DNA of 64,000 bases from Saprospiraceae bacterium. Its GTDB lineage: Bacteria; Bacteroidota; Bacteroidia; Chitinophagales; Saprospiraceae. Location: the NCBI GenBank assembly GCA_028279185.1, contig JANQSS010000144.1:21190-85189 (forward strand). The letters are read 5' to 3'. The translations under genes and the position numbers were made by a program. Shown piece by piece: positions 1 through 10,434 of the stretch. The notes beneath the pieces are model-generated. The model saw nothing but the letters and a program-made list of their open reading frames with translations, had not been told where the DNA came from and did not search any database. Numbering within the stretch: the stretch's first letter is position 1; every line of letters starts with the position of its first letter.

Positions 1-1
1 T

Positions 2-361
2 ACAATGAAAGAAGGAGCTAATGGAGGAACTATTGATTATAATTCAGGCCCATTTGGAGTAGATTCCTATAAGCTAACTATAACAAAGAGTAAAGAAGGT
101 GGAACGTTAGCATATAACGTAGCCGATTATGCCAATTATTTAACGGGCTTGTCTTTGAGGAAACTTGGGTATGCATCTGAATGGACAGGGATATTTGGAC
201 ATGGGAATAATATTATCAATGGACCTTCTGATCATGGCTCCAGAGCTCGCTCTGGATGGCTAGACTCAAAAGCAGATCAGCGAGCACTAAGAAATGGATA
301 TGGCCATTTTCAAGCGATACCTAATTTTAATCCACAGTTTCCTACGGGATATAAACTTTGA
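2..361 (+). CDS. C-terminal fragment of a larger protein (N-terminus lies outside the window); Gly/Asn-rich, no recognised catalytic motif; possible polymorphic-toxin C-terminal domain
   Basis: Reading frame is open from the first base of the window. Its stop lies 3 nt before a compact downstream ORF, an arrangement typical of toxin-immunity pairs. No motif recognised. Confidence 0.35.
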   Translation, partial: TMKEGANGGTIDYNSGPFGVDSYKLTITKSKEGGTLAYNVADYANYLTGLSLRKLGYASEWTGIFGHGNNIINGPSDHGSRARSGWLDSKADQRALRNGYGHFQAIPNFNPQFPTGYKL

Positions 362-364
362 TTT

Positions 365-985
365 ATGACGCTGCCTAAAAGAAGTATAATTTGGCTTTGT
401 ATTATTCATATTACTTGCAGTTGTGAATTGAATCGTGTTGAATTGTGCAAACAGAAGGCTGATTATTTAATTGACAATCTTGATGAAACCAAAATTAATA
501 GACTTTTTGGAGTTTCAGCGGAGGTGCGCGGTGAAGATGAAAATGGAGAGACAATAGTGTCTAGAATTTCATATACAGACCAGAATAGAAATGTGTATGA
601 GTTTCCGTCTTTTCAAGAGCCCAAAAATAAATCGAAAGGTCGGGAAATATACTTAATGACAAGAGATAGCATGTTTGATTATGATGAATTGGCCAAAATT
701 TTAAATATAGATGCAGGTGACCCAAAAGAAGCAATTAAAGTTTTTTGTGGATCATTGGAAAGCCTGTTTCATGAATTTGGTTTGTATAAAATCTCAAGTC
801 AAAGATACCTTGGTGACTTTATAGAGTTTAAATTTGACCAAGGCTGCTCATTATGGTACAAGTCTGAAAACACTAGTCTAAAGGAAGCTCATTCATTTAA
901 ATTTAATAATGCGTTGCGGATTAAAGGCAATTGGTATATTTGGCGAGAATCCAACATGCAACAAATGATAATGAGTTTTGAATAG
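365..985 (+). CDS. hypothetical cytoplasmic protein (206 aa); candidate immunity-type partner of the upstream fragment
   Basis: Intact ORF starting 3 nt after the upstream stop. No signal peptide. No recognisable domain. Confidence 0.45.
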   Translation: MTLPKRSIIWLCIIHITCSCELNRVELCKQKADYLIDNLDETKINRLFGVSAEVRGEDENGETIVSRISYTDQNRNVYEFPSFQEPKNKSKGREIYLMTRDSMFDYDELAKILNIDAGDPKEAIKVFCGSLESLFHEFGLYKISSQRYLGDFIEFKFDQGCSLWYKSENTSLKEAHSFKFNNALRIKGNWYIWRESNMQQMIMSFE

Positions 986-1049
986 AATTATCTTTTTCTC
1001 AAATCGATTTGCAACCCATTTAATATCTGTTGATTGATTTGAATCTATA

Positions 1050-1688
1050 ATGACCTTAATAAAAGAATACATGATGCATCAAGATGGTTGTACACCTATC
1101 ATTGTTGGCGGGGATTTTAATATATCGTTTGATACGGATGAATTTAAAGATGTACTGCAAGTCGTATTAGGGCAACCTACTTTTGTCATTGCAAACGGAG
1201 AGAGAACACCAACAGGTGGCAAAGGAACAAAAATTCTGGACTACTTTTTCATTGATAACGTGTCCGGATTTTACGACGATCTATCGACCCAGACGTTCAC
1301 CGGATGTATACAAGGATATGAAATCGAAAAACACCATGTCGTCTTGGAGTATTTTTTAGAGGAATTTATCGTTAGTACATTCAATACGGAGTTAGAAGCA
1401 CAAACTTATATCAATAATCAAGAATATTTGAATTCTCCCGTGTACCAGAATATTGCTGGTAGGGCCAACTTTGATGAAAAGAAAGTTTCATTTTCTACAC
1501 GTCGCGAAACTACATTTTATTGCACCAAAACATTTCAAAATCCTAGTGACCATAATCCTATACAAACATGTTTCTCTTATGATTGCCAGGGCCAGGTAGA
1601 TTGCCATGATACACCTAGAGGAGATGAGTGTATCGATAGTTGTCTACCAGGATTCAAATGTGTCAATGGACATTGTATTCCTTTGTAA
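1050..1688 (+). CDS. truncated endonuclease/exonuclease/phosphatase (EEP) family C-terminal portion fused to a Cys-rich EGF-like tail with an RGD motif; likely gene remnant
   Basis: 'IIVGGDFN' and 'NPSDHNP' match the last two EEP catalytic motifs, but only ~20 aa precede the GDFN motif. An in-frame stop lies just upstream (TGA at 1035-1037), so the N-terminal two-thirds of an EEP fold are absent. C-terminus 'CQGQVDCHDTPRGDECIDSCLPGFKCVNGHCIPL' has an EGF-like six-Cys spacing. Confidence 0.45.
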   Translation: MTLIKEYMMHQDGCTPIIVGGDFNISFDTDEFKDVLQVVLGQPTFVIANGERTPTGGKGTKILDYFFIDNVSGFYDDLSTQTFTGCIQGYEIEKHHVVLEYFLEEFIVSTFNTELEAQTYINNQEYLNSPVYQNIAGRANFDEKKVSFSTRRETTFYCTKTFQNPSDHNPIQTCFSYDCQGQVDCHDTPRGDECIDSCLPGFKCVNGHCIPL

Positions 1689-2813
1689 CTATGATGGCCT
1701 ATTTGCTGCTGTTTGTTGTCTTATTCACAGGATTATACCGTATGAGCCTAGCTTAATTAGGTTAGGCAGTCGTACCTCTTGGATCTTTTAATATAAAAAA
1801 TAAAAGCCAAGAATAAATAAATTATGAAATACAAACCTGGGTCATGTTTGTAAAGACAACAAGCACCAGTATTATCAATGAAGTAGAAAATAATGAAAAT
1901 GGCAAGTAGACAATTATTTTTAAGTGCTCATAATTATTTAATAATAGTCAAACTATAATCAATTTTCCAGCACCCATATATCCCTTTTATTATCTTCAGG
2001 AGGTAAAAAGCCGGTGTTATCCGTTCACATAATATTTGGAGACCCAATTAGAAAAGAGAATTATGTTGGAGTTGATAACTCAGTTGAATTCCATTTCATT
2101 CAAAGTCTGTGATTCGAAATGCTTCTAGATTAAGAACTTTAGCTCCATTTAACGTACATTGATCTACGATTACTTAAAAATCGAATCTAAGAAAGCCATT
2201 ATCCATTTTTCTCTTTATTTCCACAATACTTCCGATTCCAAGAGCACCAGTGCCATTGAGCTTCGGTGTGCTTAGCTATCTTAACAATTCAATATCTTTT
2301 CTCGTGATCGTAACTTGAGTAGAGCGATTGGTAATCGACACTACTACTCGCTTGTTTTGTGCCACCCATTTCACAAGACAGTTCCATAAGATATGTCGTC
2401 AATCGTTGAATGCGGGGATACGCAGCATTGACGAAATAATCCTTTGCCGGCTTTCAGCAGAAGGTGGCCTCCAAAATAGGTAGTTTCACAAAATCGGTCA
2501 CTGAAATTAAGAATATCGGCTCGCGACCATTCGGAAAATGTCGACGGTAGATAGATAATCCCTGTCAACCCAATAATTGCGTCTTCATCTATACGCAGTA
2601 ATTTCAAATAAAATACGCATTCCAGGATTAAATACTCTATGTCGATCTCATTTAAAACAAAAGACGCTAAGTTATTGGTTGGTGCATACAAGTAGTTACG
2701 ATTTTATTGCCCGTCAACTATTTATCAGCTATCGGTTTGTTGTGTTGGTTCCACAACAACTGCATTAAATAAACACTATCGGTGAATTGATTAGCAAAAA
2801 AGGTCGCTTTGCT

Positions 2814-4481
2814 TTAGTTAGAATCTTTTATAAATCGCTTTACGATCTGTCTTGATCCTGAGTCCAGCACTAAAAAATAAATCCCGTTTAATAATTGACC
2901 AGTTGGAACATGAGTAATAGCCGTTTCAGAATAATCCGAAAACACCTTTCTTCCAAACATGTCTAATATCTCAAGTTGATATGGGTTCAAGTCATTTTTT
3001 TCGTGGTCGACATATATTTGTAGCTCGTCAACAACAGGATTGGGCCTCAGTTGCACTTTGAAATCATTCGCGTCTTCGAGTTGAGCGACATGTTTGAATT
3101 TCGTATTTTCTTTCAAGTTGCCAGGATAACATGCTTTTGCTGATTTTTCGGATTCCAATCCAATGACACAAATTGCCCTTACCGCCCATGCAAAACAGCC
3201 CTGCTCAAAGTTGGATGGGATAGGAAAAGAATTGTCAAAACTTACACCTTGATAAATAATATCTTCAATGGGGTTCCCAACATCTGCTTTGCACATACAA
3301 GGAGTTAACCCACCAACAGAGAAGTATATTTCATAACCTATTGCACCTGGAACTTGATCCCATGTGAGCAGATCCGGACCTGGTAAATTTGTAACCACTG
3401 AAAGATTTTCGGGCGCTGGACATTCTGTGTTATTCGTACCACAAGGATCGATCTGGGCAACAGCACCTGTTTCGAATCCAACTGATGCAACACTAATATC
3501 ATCGGTAAATAGTTCGAATTGGTTGCTGTATAATAACTGACTCTGCTGGGAGAGGCCTACATGGGTAAGACCGCTAAAAACGTTCTCGCAAGAATAAATT
3601 AACCCGCCATTATTATCTGGAATAAAAACAGAACTGACAGTAATAGTGGCTTTAACTTCCTCAACAGGGTTAATAAAATCGTTGTTTGAAATTGTAATTG
3701 ATACAGTATTAAAGTCTATAAATGATACAGAGCCTCCGAACACCCCTAAAATAAACCATTCGCCTGGGAAACTAGGATAGTGCTTGATGTCAGCGTTATA
3801 AGTGTATTCTCTTTCTTCTGAGTCATTCTTCAGAATTAAAGATATAGATGCATCAACAGAACAATCATTTGATACCATTCCACTGGGTTCTCCAAACACA
3901 TCTAGTTCAAAGATATAGTCTTCAAAATCGCAATGTTCATTTGGTATATTTAGGTTAATGAAGAGTTCCGGTGACACAAAACAGGATAAGCACTCATTGC
4001 CAAATATTTCTATCGGAAAGGGGTCCCAATAAAGGTTTTTCAGCCATAAAGATCGAATACATGCTTCAGGTTCAGATTGTATATAAATTCTAAAGGCAAC
4101 CAGTTCTCCAGGAAGGTTATAAAAATCGCCATATCGCGCCTCCGCAACGCGTACGATTTTGCGATTCGCACCTATAAAACTCAAGCTAGCACCGACGTCA
4201 GCTAATGTTGAATTTAAGCTTGCTACCGTTCTGATTTCGTCAATATCGAAATTTGATGTTGAACTTAATTCAACATCCATCGTAAAAGCATTCAAATTTA
4301 ACTCGCCGAATTCATCCGTATTCCAAGTCGCCTCCATATAATAACGACCATTTTCGTACAGCACATCGGACATAGTCAAATAGTTTCCTATGGGCTGAGG
4401 GCCGCATTGCGCTATGGCTAGTTGATCTAATGTAGATAGATATGAGCAGAGTACTATTAAGAAAGCAATTCTCGAAATCAT
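2814..4481 (-). CDS. secreted protein with T9SS (Por) C-terminal sorting domain and an FN3-like module
   Basis: Start taken at the internal Met giving the signal peptide 'MISRIAFLIVLCSYLSTLDQLAIAQ'. The C-terminal ~80 aa 'LRPNPVVDELQIYVDH...GIYFLVLDSGSRQIVKRFIKD' is a typical T9SS CTD. 'PAPENLSVVTNLPGPDLLTWDQVPGAIGYEIYFS' is FN3-like. Confidence 0.75.
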   Translation of the reverse strand: MISRIAFLIVLCSYLSTLDQLAIAQCGPQPIGNYLTMSDVLYENGRYYMEATWNTDEFGELNLNAFTMDVELSSTSNFDIDEIRTVASLNSTLADVGASLSFIGANRKIVRVAEARYGDFYNLPGELVAFRIYIQSEPEACIRSLWLKNLYWDPFPIEIFGNECLSCFVSPELFINLNIPNEHCDFEDYIFELDVFGEPSGMVSNDCSVDASISLILKNDSEEREYTYNADIKHYPSFPGEWFILGVFGGSVSFIDFNTVSITISNNDFINPVEEVKATITVSSVFIPDNNGGLIYSCENVFSGLTHVGLSQQSQLLYSNQFELFTDDISVASVGFETGAVAQIDPCGTNNTECPAPENLSVVTNLPGPDLLTWDQVPGAIGYEIYFSVGGLTPCMCKADVGNPIEDIIYQGVSFDNSFPIPSNFEQGCFAWAVRAICVIGLESEKSAKACYPGNLKENTKFKHVAQLEDANDFKVQLRPNPVVDELQIYVDHEKNDLNPYQLEILDMFGRKVFSDYSETAITHVPTGQLLNGIYFLVLDSGSRQIVKRFIKDSN

Positions 4482-4791
4482 GGTAATTTGTTTAATTAAT
4501 TGATACAGGTCAATATTGCCAAACAGACCGATTATTCTCATAGATCAACCTAGAATCCAAAACGTAACCGGAATAGCTGAACTTTTTTAACCAAGCATGA
4601 TCAAAACGTGTATTAAATACTATAAAAGATGACCGCTTTCAAAAAGTATGAATAAAAACGAGTAGAAAGATTACGATTAGACATAATTACGCAACGGAAA
4701 TAATTTGACCTTTCTTCTGAAGACAGAAACAACATGGACCAGTTAGTGAAGCAGATGACCACTCCATCATAAACTTAACATACCTGGCTCC

Positions 4792-7700
4792 TTATCTCAT
4801 CCTAATGACACCCCAACAAAGTAGAACTAATATTAATGGAAATAAAATATAACTTATCTTTTTCCATTTCGTGTTTAATGAAATTGGCTCCATATTACCT
4901 GAAGCGATAAATCCTGCCCAAAAGTATGGGTCAGGCTGGGCACCGAAAGCTAAGTGATCCAATTTTGCCTGTCGTAGTGCAGCATCCTTTTGCATTCCTT
5001 GATTGAGATAGGTATAAAAAGATTTCATCAGCTCGGAAGTCTGTGCATCATCAACACTCCAAAGGCTGGTAACCGTACTGGCAGCCCCGGCGTAAGTGAA
5101 GCCTCGTGCCATCCCAATAATGCCTTCTCCCTCCTGGAGTTCCCCTAAGCCCGTTTCACAAGCACTGAGCACAACAAGATCGGCATTGAGTTTCAGGTTG
5201 TACAGATCACGAACATACAGGAGATTGTCCTTATCCGAGGTATCATTGGTCTCTGAAAAAGCGATATAGGAAAAATCACCCATATTATCATTTGCTTTTC
5301 CATGTGTTGACAAGTGCAACATTCTATATTGATTCGCATGCGTCAAAAAATATGACGTTGTTGCCAAATCGCCAGTCACCACATCAGCACCATATATCTC
5401 CTTTATGGCCATCGTTTCTGTAACATTATATTCCAGCGCATTCAACCCGCTTCGTAATGATATCAGGTCATCGTGAGAAATGGTGTCTGATTGAAATTTG
5501 GGCGACATACAAAGCATGGTTTTGTGAGGGTTACTCTTAGTGTTATTTTTCAAATCATACCACAAAGTGGCAGAATAATCAGAACTTATTTGATGTCTAT
5601 TAATTAGATAAGCGTACTGACGAAAATCGTCGGTGCTGTCATGTTCTTGTGTCGTAAGCGCATCAAAAGGTACATAATGTAAAGGTCCATCTGGAATAAT
5701 GATTAGTTTTTTTGCGAGATTCGATTCGAAGGGTTTGATGAACTTTGTGAATAAAAGGTGTGCTTCTTTTGAATAACTCACCTTATTGTCTAAATATTTC
5801 TCATCACTGTATTTGGAATTCATCCAATATGAATAAATACTATTCCTAAGTTCTGTAATACTAGAAGCCAAGTCAAAATTTAGTGAGATTTCCTCGATCA
5901 TACTATTGTTTTGACGGATTACAAATGCATAAGCGTTACTATCACCGACAAAATACTCTACTAGTGTCTCTTCCGAAGATAGTTCACTTTGGATGTCCTC
6001 AATAGAACGTATATCATTCGCGTATTTTATTTTGTAATAATTCGGGTAACGTTCTTTGAGAGAGGCTGTTATACTATCACTTGTTTGCCGAAGGTGAAAC
6101 AAGCGTGATTTAAACCTTTCAGCCAAGCTATCTTGAGAATTTTCTACCAAAAATTGTTGCTCATACAGTTTCTTTTCGTAGTGCGCTATTTTTACATTTG
6201 TATCATATATTTTATTTGAAATGGCTTCCGGTAATGCTGCAAAGGACTGAGCTTCCACTTCCAGAAATCGCTCTCTCATAAAAGAACTCTTACTCTTCTC
6301 CAAAAAATAAAATAATTTTTCGAGCGAAATATGTGCGTCAGTTTTCTCTTTTAGTAAAAAATAAATTTGGAATGCTTGGTCTAGTACTTCTCGAAAACTG
6401 GGTTTGAGACCATGGTCGCATCTACCGAGTTCGCATTGTTCATACAGGTTGACATATTGCTCTAAGGCAATTTCATTGTGTATCCATGCATGCCGTAACA
6501 ATTCAATACTGTCTTTGAAATGATGGTACTGCGTAATACGCAATTCTGCTTTGGCATATTGTATTTCCACAAGGGCACGTATTTGTTTTGTATGAATTAT
6601 CTTTTCAGGCAAGGCGGAATTCAATTCAAGCGCATTGAGGGCCAGGTTATAGTAAGTTTCGGCCGAATCAATCTGCCCTAATGAACTGCTAACACGCCCC
6701 AAGTACTTATAAATACTCCAATACCACGACTCTCGGTCCCGATAAAATTCTTTGTTATATGAAAGCGCTTGTTGATAGTGATTTCGGGAGCGTACATACT
6801 GCTCCTGCTCTTCAAATAATTGAGCTAGAGAAATATGAGTTTTGGCTATTTGATTGACATCAAGGTTTTTGTCATGTAATTGTACATCAAGAATTTCTTG
6901 TAAGTATTGTTCAGATAATTTATATTCCCCAATATTTTTATGCGCATAACTTAAATCTCTTTTTTGGCCAATCGCTGCGGTCTTTTTTTTAGCCGCATTT
7001 TCCTCGAAAACAGTTTGAGAAAACTTAATGTATTCAATTGCCTTAGCGTAGTTTCCGAGAGCATTGTGAGCTTTGCCGAGCAGATGATAGGTACCGGCCT
7101 GAAACACAGTGTTTTCTTGAAATGTCCCCTTCCGAGCAGCTATCGCTTGTTCAAAATACAAAATGGCCCTATGTGGATCGTTGTTATTTAGCTGTAAGAG
7201 TCCAATTTTCTCCAACCAAATCGCTGTGCCCAATGTACCCCACCTTGTTTTTGTATTATGTGTGGCTTCGATAGCCATTTTGTACCATTTTAAACTTTGT
7301 TTAAAATCATTTATATCTCGATATACACTGCCAATATTTCCATAAATGAGTGGATAGTTTTTTGGAATGTCATCAGGCAATTGATCCAAAAATTTAATTC
7401 CAAGGTGATAGTAATCTAGAGCCCTATCATGAAGTTGCAATTTATTGTGGATCATACCCGCTGAGCTAAGCAAGGAGACATAGGTCAATTTATTTTGACA
7501 TTCAGGGTTTTCTTCACATATGGAAATGCCTTTTTTAACAGCTTCTTTGGCCAATTGAGTTTTATCCTGACGTATATATAAATTGCTGATGATTTTATAA
7601 CTCTGCACAAGAGTTAGATAGTTATAACGATTATATATAGCTAAACTTACCGCCTTGTTTGCATAGTAAAGTGCTTTCTCGGTGTTTCCCATTCGAGTAG

Positions 7701-8076
7701 AAATCGTTGCCAAATAGCTATATACTTTCATAGCAAAGGGGAACGTATCATTCAGATGTTGATAGTTTTTAAGAATTTGATAAAAACTAAAAAATGCGGT
7801 GTCGTAATTCAACTGAACAAGATGTGTATACCCAATGGACATTTGTGCATAAATACTCAATGAGTCATTTACCGGTTCTAGATTATTATAAATTTGAAGT
7901 GCTTTTTTACGTAAATGTAGAGCCTCTGCGTAGTCTTTATTTGTTGTTAAAACCTCTGCACTATCCAAATAGTCGTTTGCCAGTCTTGTATCTGAAGATT
8001 GTGCAAAAAGGTAAAACGATAAAAAGCAGAAAGAAATAAAAGAAGTTAGGGATTTCATATGTAAGGGCTTGAACAA
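4792..8076 (-). CDS. TPR-repeat / CHAT-domain (caspase-like) protease with N-terminal signal peptide and C-terminal TM anchor
   Basis: Signal peptide 'MKSLTSFISFCFLSFYLFAQS' (real start may be the Met at 8058). Long TPR-like region follows. The C-terminal CHAT domain carries the His/Cys dyad context 'LSTHGKANDN...LVVLSACETGLGE'. Hydrophobic tail 'ISYILFPLILVLLCWGVI'. Confidence 0.8.
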   Translation of the reverse strand: MFKPLHMKSLTSFISFCFLSFYLFAQSSDTRLANDYLDSAEVLTTNKDYAEALHLRKKALQIYNNLEPVNDSLSIYAQMSIGYTHLVQLNYDTAFFSFYQILKNYQHLNDTFPFAMKVYSYLATISTRMGNTEKALYYANKAVSLAIYNRYNYLTLVQSYKIISNLYIRQDKTQLAKEAVKKGISICEENPECQNKLTYVSLLSSAGMIHNKLQLHDRALDYYHLGIKFLDQLPDDIPKNYPLIYGNIGSVYRDINDFKQSLKWYKMAIEATHNTKTRWGTLGTAIWLEKIGLLQLNNNDPHRAILYFEQAIAARKGTFQENTVFQAGTYHLLGKAHNALGNYAKAIEYIKFSQTVFEENAAKKKTAAIGQKRDLSYAHKNIGEYKLSEQYLQEILDVQLHDKNLDVNQIAKTHISLAQLFEEQEQYVRSRNHYQQALSYNKEFYRDRESWYWSIYKYLGRVSSSLGQIDSAETYYNLALNALELNSALPEKIIHTKQIRALVEIQYAKAELRITQYHHFKDSIELLRHAWIHNEIALEQYVNLYEQCELGRCDHGLKPSFREVLDQAFQIYFLLKEKTDAHISLEKLFYFLEKSKSSFMRERFLEVEAQSFAALPEAISNKIYDTNVKIAHYEKKLYEQQFLVENSQDSLAERFKSRLFHLRQTSDSITASLKERYPNYYKIKYANDIRSIEDIQSELSSEETLVEYFVGDSNAYAFVIRQNNSMIEEISLNFDLASSITELRNSIYSYWMNSKYSDEKYLDNKVSYSKEAHLLFTKFIKPFESNLAKKLIIIPDGPLHYVPFDALTTQEHDSTDDFRQYAYLINRHQISSDYSATLWYDLKNNTKSNPHKTMLCMSPKFQSDTISHDDLISLRSGLNALEYNVTETMAIKEIYGADVVTGDLATTSYFLTHANQYRMLHLSTHGKANDNMGDFSYIAFSETNDTSDKDNLLYVRDLYNLKLNADLVVLSACETGLGELQEGEGIIGMARGFTYAGAASTVTSLWSVDDAQTSELMKSFYTYLNQGMQKDAALRQAKLDHLAFGAQPDPYFWAGFIASGNMEPISLNTKWKKISYILFPLILVLLCWGVIRMR

Positions 8077-8189
8077 AATTGATGTCTAGAATATAAGAAT
8101 ATTTAAAGTCGAGTGATTTATCCTAGAAAGCATTTCAGTTATAGTGTTACGCGCTGCACCGCACGTGAGACTATCCGTCGTTACATGGG

Positions 8190-8933
8190 TCAGTTCAAAC
8201 TCAATCTCTCCAACACTTCAACCATTTCCTTTCTATTAAAGTGTGATACAGTCGAATCAACCGTCGCCCTCAACATTTGCTTTGCCTTATCGACTTGGTT
8301 TGTTTTCAAATAGGCCAAAGACAAAAACCAAACGACTTGTTCTTCAAAAGGGCCGCCGCCCTCGTTTTTAAGCGAAAGAAGAATTTCGATAGCCTTTTCT
8401 GTTTGATTAATCGACATCAAAGACATGGCTCGATAAAATCGTTGCGGTTGATTAAAATCGATACCTTGATTTTCTGCGATTTGGAATGCTTCGTTGGCTA
8501 ATTTATATTGACCATTGGCATAGGCCTTCATGGCTTGCGAAAGAATACTCGAATCCACTGGAGCTTCATTGCCATTTTTTTGTTCGAACAGACTCGGATA
8601 TGGCTCAAAATAGGCCGCATAAATGTTTGCCGGAGCATCCGTTTTTGATCCGATTGACTTAATAAGCAGAAAACCGCCAACTCCGATGAAAACAGCGACT
8701 AATAAAAGAATCCATTTTAATCGATCTCTTCTTTTTTCTCTTGCTATCATGTCGTTATGAATGGCGTGCATTTTTTGTCGAAGTTCGGACCGTCCAAGAC
8801 TGCGAATACTTTCATCAGTGATTAAGTCGGCCAAATCTTCTTCATTCAATGAATGTTGCGACTTAGCATGTTCATGCGTCTCTAAAAGCGATTTCAAGTA
8901 GCGAATAATTATATTTCGTTTTTTTTCTATCAT
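8190..8933 (-). CDS. anti-sigma factor-like membrane protein (cytoplasmic N-domain, single TM, periplasmic TPR-like domain)
   Basis: 4-nt ATGA overlap with the upstream ECF sigma gene. TM segment 'WILLLVAVFIGVGGFLLI'. C-terminal TPR-like helices. Confidence 0.65.
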   Translation of the reverse strand: MIEKKRNIIIRYLKSLLETHEHAKSQHSLNEEDLADLITDESIRSLGRSELRQKMHAIHNDMIAREKRRDRLKWILLLVAVFIGVGGFLLIKSIGSKTDAPANIYAAYFEPYPSLFEQKNGNEAPVDSSILSQAMKAYANGQYKLANEAFQIAENQGIDFNQPQRFYRAMSLMSINQTEKAIEILLSLKNEGGGPFEEQVVWFLSLAYLKTNQVDKAKQMLRATVDSTVSHFNRKEMVEVLERLSLN

Positions 8934-9541
8934 CGCAACTCGTTTAATAATGCGGTCAAATCGATAGATTCTTCAATTATTTTCTTCAATTTTTGAAGAC
9001 ATTTGTATTTCTTATTTCGGGCTATTTGTTCATTGTCATAACCCATTTCCTGTGCTATAGCTTTCATAGATTTGTCCAAATAAACTGCTGCCGTGAGCAC
9101 TTTTTTGCAGTCATCACCTAATGCATTCAAAATCAATTTGACAAAGGCATTTTCTTCAGCTCTTGTCAATTGATCTTTTGGCAATAAGGTCAATGCAGGA
9201 TATCGTTCCTCCCGCATATCATCATGAACAAGCTTCATATTCTTCTTCAATCGGTTAACCCATAGATTCCGACTGACAGTATATAAGTATGTTCCTATTT
9301 TTGCTTGAGTCTTAAAGTCATCCGATTTCACTCGTTCGTAAAACACAAGTAGTGCGTCTTGAAATATATCCTGTACGTCTTGATCATTTCCTCCCCTACT
9401 TCTTATCAGCTTTTTGATCATCCCGTAATGAGTCGTATAGAGATATTCGATTACCTTATCCTCTTCCGATGAGCGCTTTCGAAGTATACGCACAACCTCT
9501 TCGTCTGTATAGTCTTGTCTGTTCCCAGCGCGCTTCATCAT
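8930..9541 (-). CDS. ECF (sigma-70 family) RNA polymerase sigma factor
   Basis: Sigma-70 region 2-like 'DIFQDALLVFYERVK' and a region 4 HTH near the C-terminus. Size ~200 aa. Translationally coupled to the anti-sigma gene. Confidence 0.8.
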   Translation of the reverse strand: MMKRAGNRQDYTDEEVVRILRKRSSEEDKVIEYLYTTHYGMIKKLIRSRGGNDQDVQDIFQDALLVFYERVKSDDFKTQAKIGTYLYTVSRNLWVNRLKKNMKLVHDDMREERYPALTLLPKDQLTRAEENAFVKLILNALGDDCKKVLTAAVYLDKSMKAIAQEMGYDNEQIARNKKYKCLQKLKKIIEESIDLTALLNELR

Positions 9542-10069
9542 GTAATCATTTGTAGCAAGATGACAAAGATATAGAAGCTGAATAAAATTATGTTGAAAAT
9601 AGCGATGCCATTCACCTAGTCAATATTGACGACATAGTTTGTTATCAGACTGAAAGCAGTTACTCCAATTTCTTTCTATCCGACGGAAGAAAAATGATAA
9701 CGTCGTAAAATTTGCGTGAATACGTGAATATAAACGCTTATTAACACATCATCGATTCATGCGCTATATTCATATTCGACAAACTTAAATCACATTACAG
9801 AGGTTTGAAAAAGTGATAGCGGACAATTGTGTATGACCAATAGTAGATTTATTCTAATCAGCAAACACAAAAAGGTCCAAATCCCTAACATAATAAGTCG
9901 GTCATTTATTACTTAATTTAAGTACGCCATTTTATTTCATCAATAAAATCCGCAATGACTTTGTACAACTCCTGGTATTCGACACAACAAAGTCATCCAC
10001 CAGTCTTTAGCTTTCCGTGCAGACAAGATCCAAACAAGATGATAAAAAATAAAAAAAAGTTCAAATAAA

Positions 10070-10102
10070 TTTGGAAACTAAAATTATTTGCATTTACCTT
10101 TG
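10070..10102 (+). promoter_or_regulatory. candidate Bacteroidota sigma-A promoter (-33 TTTG / -7 TAnnTTTG) reading into the tRNA/ncRNA region
   Basis: TTTG at 10070-10073 and TACCTTTG at 10095-10102 with ~21-nt spacing. No ORF lies downstream, only the tRNA region. Confidence 0.25.
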
Positions 10103-10362
10103 TGTCGAAATGATAAAACAAGATAAACATATCATCTTATCGAAGGAGTGCTTTTCAAGTAATCCGATGACGGCCGTAATGGTCCACTAGTCTTCTCTTG
10201 ACTCAAGCGTTGGCTGGTGCCAATGCAACTATTTTTTCTCATTAATATTCGCATTGGATTCTCGGTTTAGAAACTGAATTGATTTTAATTATTTTATCAT
10301 GAATTGACATGAATAAAATGGGCCGTGCTATGCACAATGCCAAGTGAAAAATCGAAAAAAAT

Positions 10363-10434
10363 TGGCTTGTAACTCAACGGTAGAGTATCCCGCTTTTAAC
10401 GGGAGAGTTGTAGGTTCGAATCCTTCCAGGCCAA
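10363..10434 (+). tRNA. tRNA-Lys (anticodon UUU)
   Basis: Hand-folded cloverleaf. Acceptor TGGCTTG/CAGGCCA gives 7 bp with one G-U. D-arm ACTC-AACGGTA-GAGT. Anticodon arm TCCCG-CTTTTAA-CGGGA with U33 and UUU at 34-36. T-arm GTAGG-TTCGAAT-CCTTC has one U-U mismatch. Discriminator A, CCA not encoded. Confidence 0.6.
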
